From NCBI GenBank assembly GCA_040285855.1, contig JAUFOQ010000017.1:992001-1056000 (forward strand): DNA of 64,000 bases, read 5' to 3'. Source of the stretch: Eukaryota sp. GEM-RC1. Taxonomy: Eukaryota. The notes beneath the pieces were generated by a model. The model was not told the origin of the DNA, made no database searches, and saw only the letters and a program-made list of their open reading frames with translations. Positions 61,863 through 64,000 of the stretch are shown here, piece by piece. Each line of letters starts with the position of its first letter. Position 1 is the stretch's first letter. The position numbers and the translations under genes are program-made.

Positions 61863-62216
61863 CAGGGCTGTCTAAAAATTAATTTCCCCGAAAATTAATT
61901 TTCAATTTTGGTTCCATAAAATACCGTATATTGAGAATTACGGAATTAATTTACGGAACTTTAACATTACGGAAATTAATTTACGGTTTCAGATTATTAC
62001 GGAAAATAATTTACGGCGAAATTATATTACGGAAATAAATTTACGGTTTTGAGTTGTTACGGAAATTAATTTACGGTTTTGACATGTTACGGAAACTAAT
62101 TTACGGCTAAAACATATTACGGAAATAGATTTACGGTTTTGAATTGCTACGGAAATTAATTTATGGTTTAGCCTCATTGCAAAATTAATTTACGGTTCAA
62201 TTTTTAGACAGCCCTG
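61863..62216 (+). mobile_element. hAT-type MITE, 354 bp, containing a 30-bp-period array
   Basis: Perfect 18-bp TIR CAGGGCTGTCTAAAAATT. Perfect 8-bp TSD TCTCCAAG (61855-61862, 62217-62224). Confidence 0.95.
61938..62196 (+). repeat. Array of ~9 copies of TTACGGAAATTAATTTACGG (20 bp) separated by 10-bp variable linkers
   Basis: Repeats start at 61938, 61967, 61997, 62027, 62057, 62087, 62117 and 62147, plus a degenerate last copy. Confidence 0.95.
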
Positions 62217-63927
62217 TCTCCAAGACATAATGCTTTTGTTTTTCAACCTTTTCGAATTTCTTTATATGGAAATTTAGGTACTGCATCTAATAACTTCTTG
62301 TGTTCGTTTAAGGATTTGTGTAGGGATTTCAGTAAAATGTACAACAGTGGTTGTTGAAGAGATCGTCTAGTATATGCTTTATTTCGTTCTATGAACAACT
62401 ACGTTGATGAAATCTTGAAGAGTTTGTTTGGTGGTGGAGAAGGTTGCGTGATGGCGTACTAGTAGGTTCATCTGTCCTTTTTATTTTCTTTATAGATTAA
62501 TGCACTTTTTTCTTTGGGTAAACCTAATTTACATGTACTTAACCTTTCACTTATACATGTAGTTCGCTACTACGAAATGGAGTCTACTTGTATGTCTTAC
62601 CCTTAGGCCAAATCCATCCAAATGGTTTACAGCATCATCACAGTTCTCATCAAAGTTCTCCAGCACAAATGGTCTGCAGTCTACTACAACAGGAAATACG
62701 ATAAAAACAAATAGGAAATTGAATTTGATTTCTGAATTTTGTTATGCCTTGTTAAGGCTTGAAATATGAAGGGACGGTGGCAGATGATAATCTAGAAAAG
62801 AAAGGACTATAGTTCACTTCTGGAACACATGTTCACACTTGTGACATTAAAGCAAATCTGCAGCTATTGTAACTATTTTGAATAATTCAAATGATCCGGT
62901 AAAGAATGCTGAGAAACGCTGTTAAAATACGTACATCAAGTTGCTGCATTGAATTCACGAAGACATACTAATATTGTGTTTCATCCTATTGTAATATCGT
63001 TATACGCAAATTTCGGTTCTTCTACTACGGAGTTTTTAAAATTGTTCGAGTACAAGATAAATAGCTGTACTGAGTTGCAAATGTATCTGAGTGAAACATG
63101 TTGCAGTTTTCACCTTCATACTAGTAGGTTGTCTGCTGAGAGAACAGATATATATATAACACTTTGTTGGTAGATTAATTAATTGTAAATGTAATAGACT
63201 AAACAACTAAAATTTGATATCATATAAACAACACCCATCGCCATCAAATCTTACAATATCTATGTCCTCATAATGCTTTGGAGATGATTAGCGGAATTGT
63301 TATAACAATAGTAAAAACGATACGGTTCAACCATACAAACATTTGATCAAAACGTTTGTTCATAGTTCTTTTACGATTTTGCCGTGATTGTAGTAATTTA
63401 GTGAGTCTTGGTCTACTTGGTTTTGATTTTGAAAATTTGAACCAACCCAGACCAGAACCACACACGTCTAAACCACACCAAACCAGAACCACGAACCGAA
63501 TGGTTTTATTTCTTTGTATAAATATTTGGTCGTTTACTTGGATTATTACAATGTAAATTTTTGTTCCATTTCTGACATACAAAATGTTTCTTTTGAAGAT
63601 GAACCCCAACCTAAATCTCATTATGACGCTCTTCAAACATCTCCAACTATGTATCTGGCTGTCCTTGGCTCGATGTACTGTGTCCAAACGACCTAATCGA
63701 TTAAGCCATGATGGGGTACAAGCTGCTGACTCTGCGATTGTGTCTCAATAACAACAACATATGATTGTTGATTTGTTGCGAAAGCATATTTAACTACTTT
63801 AGTAAACCTTTATTTATAATTTCTTTTGTTTCACACAATTCTGGTCCTTGGTTTCTGAACTAAAATACATCTGTATGTAATTACATATCGTTTCAAGAAC
63901 ATGTACTAGTACTTTTAGGATGATATA

Positions 63928-63966
63928 GAGAGAGAAAAAGCTTTATTCGGCACCCAATAAGGTATA
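63928..63966 (-). mobile_element. 39-bp retroposed 3' end with a (TC)n tail; related copy at ~45482-45565
   Basis: Flanked by the 11-bp direct repeat AGGATGATATA. Core TTTATTCGGCACCCAATAAGGTA is shared exactly with 45494-45516. Confidence 0.7.
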
Positions 63967-64000
63967 AGGATGATATATTGGCAAAAACTATAAATTTCAA

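Larger units (their letters stand above)
61640..62460 (+). mobile_element. CRE-like RLE 3' fragment interrupted by a MITE
   Basis: EIVLDFTTVDPCN..AEDKKV before the MITE; HNAFVFQPFRISLYGNLG..RDRLVYALFRSMN after it. Confidence 0.75.

Noticed and set aside
61938..62196. True CRISPR array
   Set aside because: Spacers are only 10 bp and partly related to each other, there are no cas genes, the context is eukaryotic, and the array lies inside a TIR/TSD-bounded MITE whose motif recurs in another MITE.
63410..63870. MITE suggested by AACC/GGTT motif clusters
   Set aside because: No convincing TIR pair or TSD.
1..64000. tRNA, rRNA or snRNA genes
   Set aside because: None recognised by eye; tRNAscan-SE and Infernal would be needed to exclude them.

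Overview
This is AT-rich, compact eukaryotic (protist) genomic DNA using the standard genetic code, not a prokaryotic window. The main evidence is RPL3, a Sec3-like exocyst subunit, BTB, RING and C2H2 proteins, and five 27-32 nt GT-AG introns that all end in ACT(A/T)AT-NNYAG. That fused branch-point/3' splice site resembles metamonad introns, which is an inference. Most long genes are broken in the ORF track by these introns and by single-base frame changes at homopolymer runs, most likely long-read consensus errors. Once rejoined, about 20 genes emerge. Notable ones are a ~2500-aa CBM48-like/DEAH helicase/RING-IBR/PARP-like/WWE-WWE/nucleotidyltransferase fusion, a ~2500-aa RCC1-IPT-Cys-rich multi-pass surface protein, a bacterial-type MsrA-MsrB fusion, a DUF2828/VWA protein, and a two-finger C2H2 gene absent from the ORF track. 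Intergenic space is filled with transposon debris. It includes at least six hAT-type MITEs (mostly clear 8-bp TSDs; one carries a 30-bp-period repeat/spacer array), many 5'-truncated CRE-like RLE non-LTR retroelements of which several end in oligo(T), and gypsy, hAT and pogo remnants. All domain calls come from motif recognition by eye; no database searches were run.
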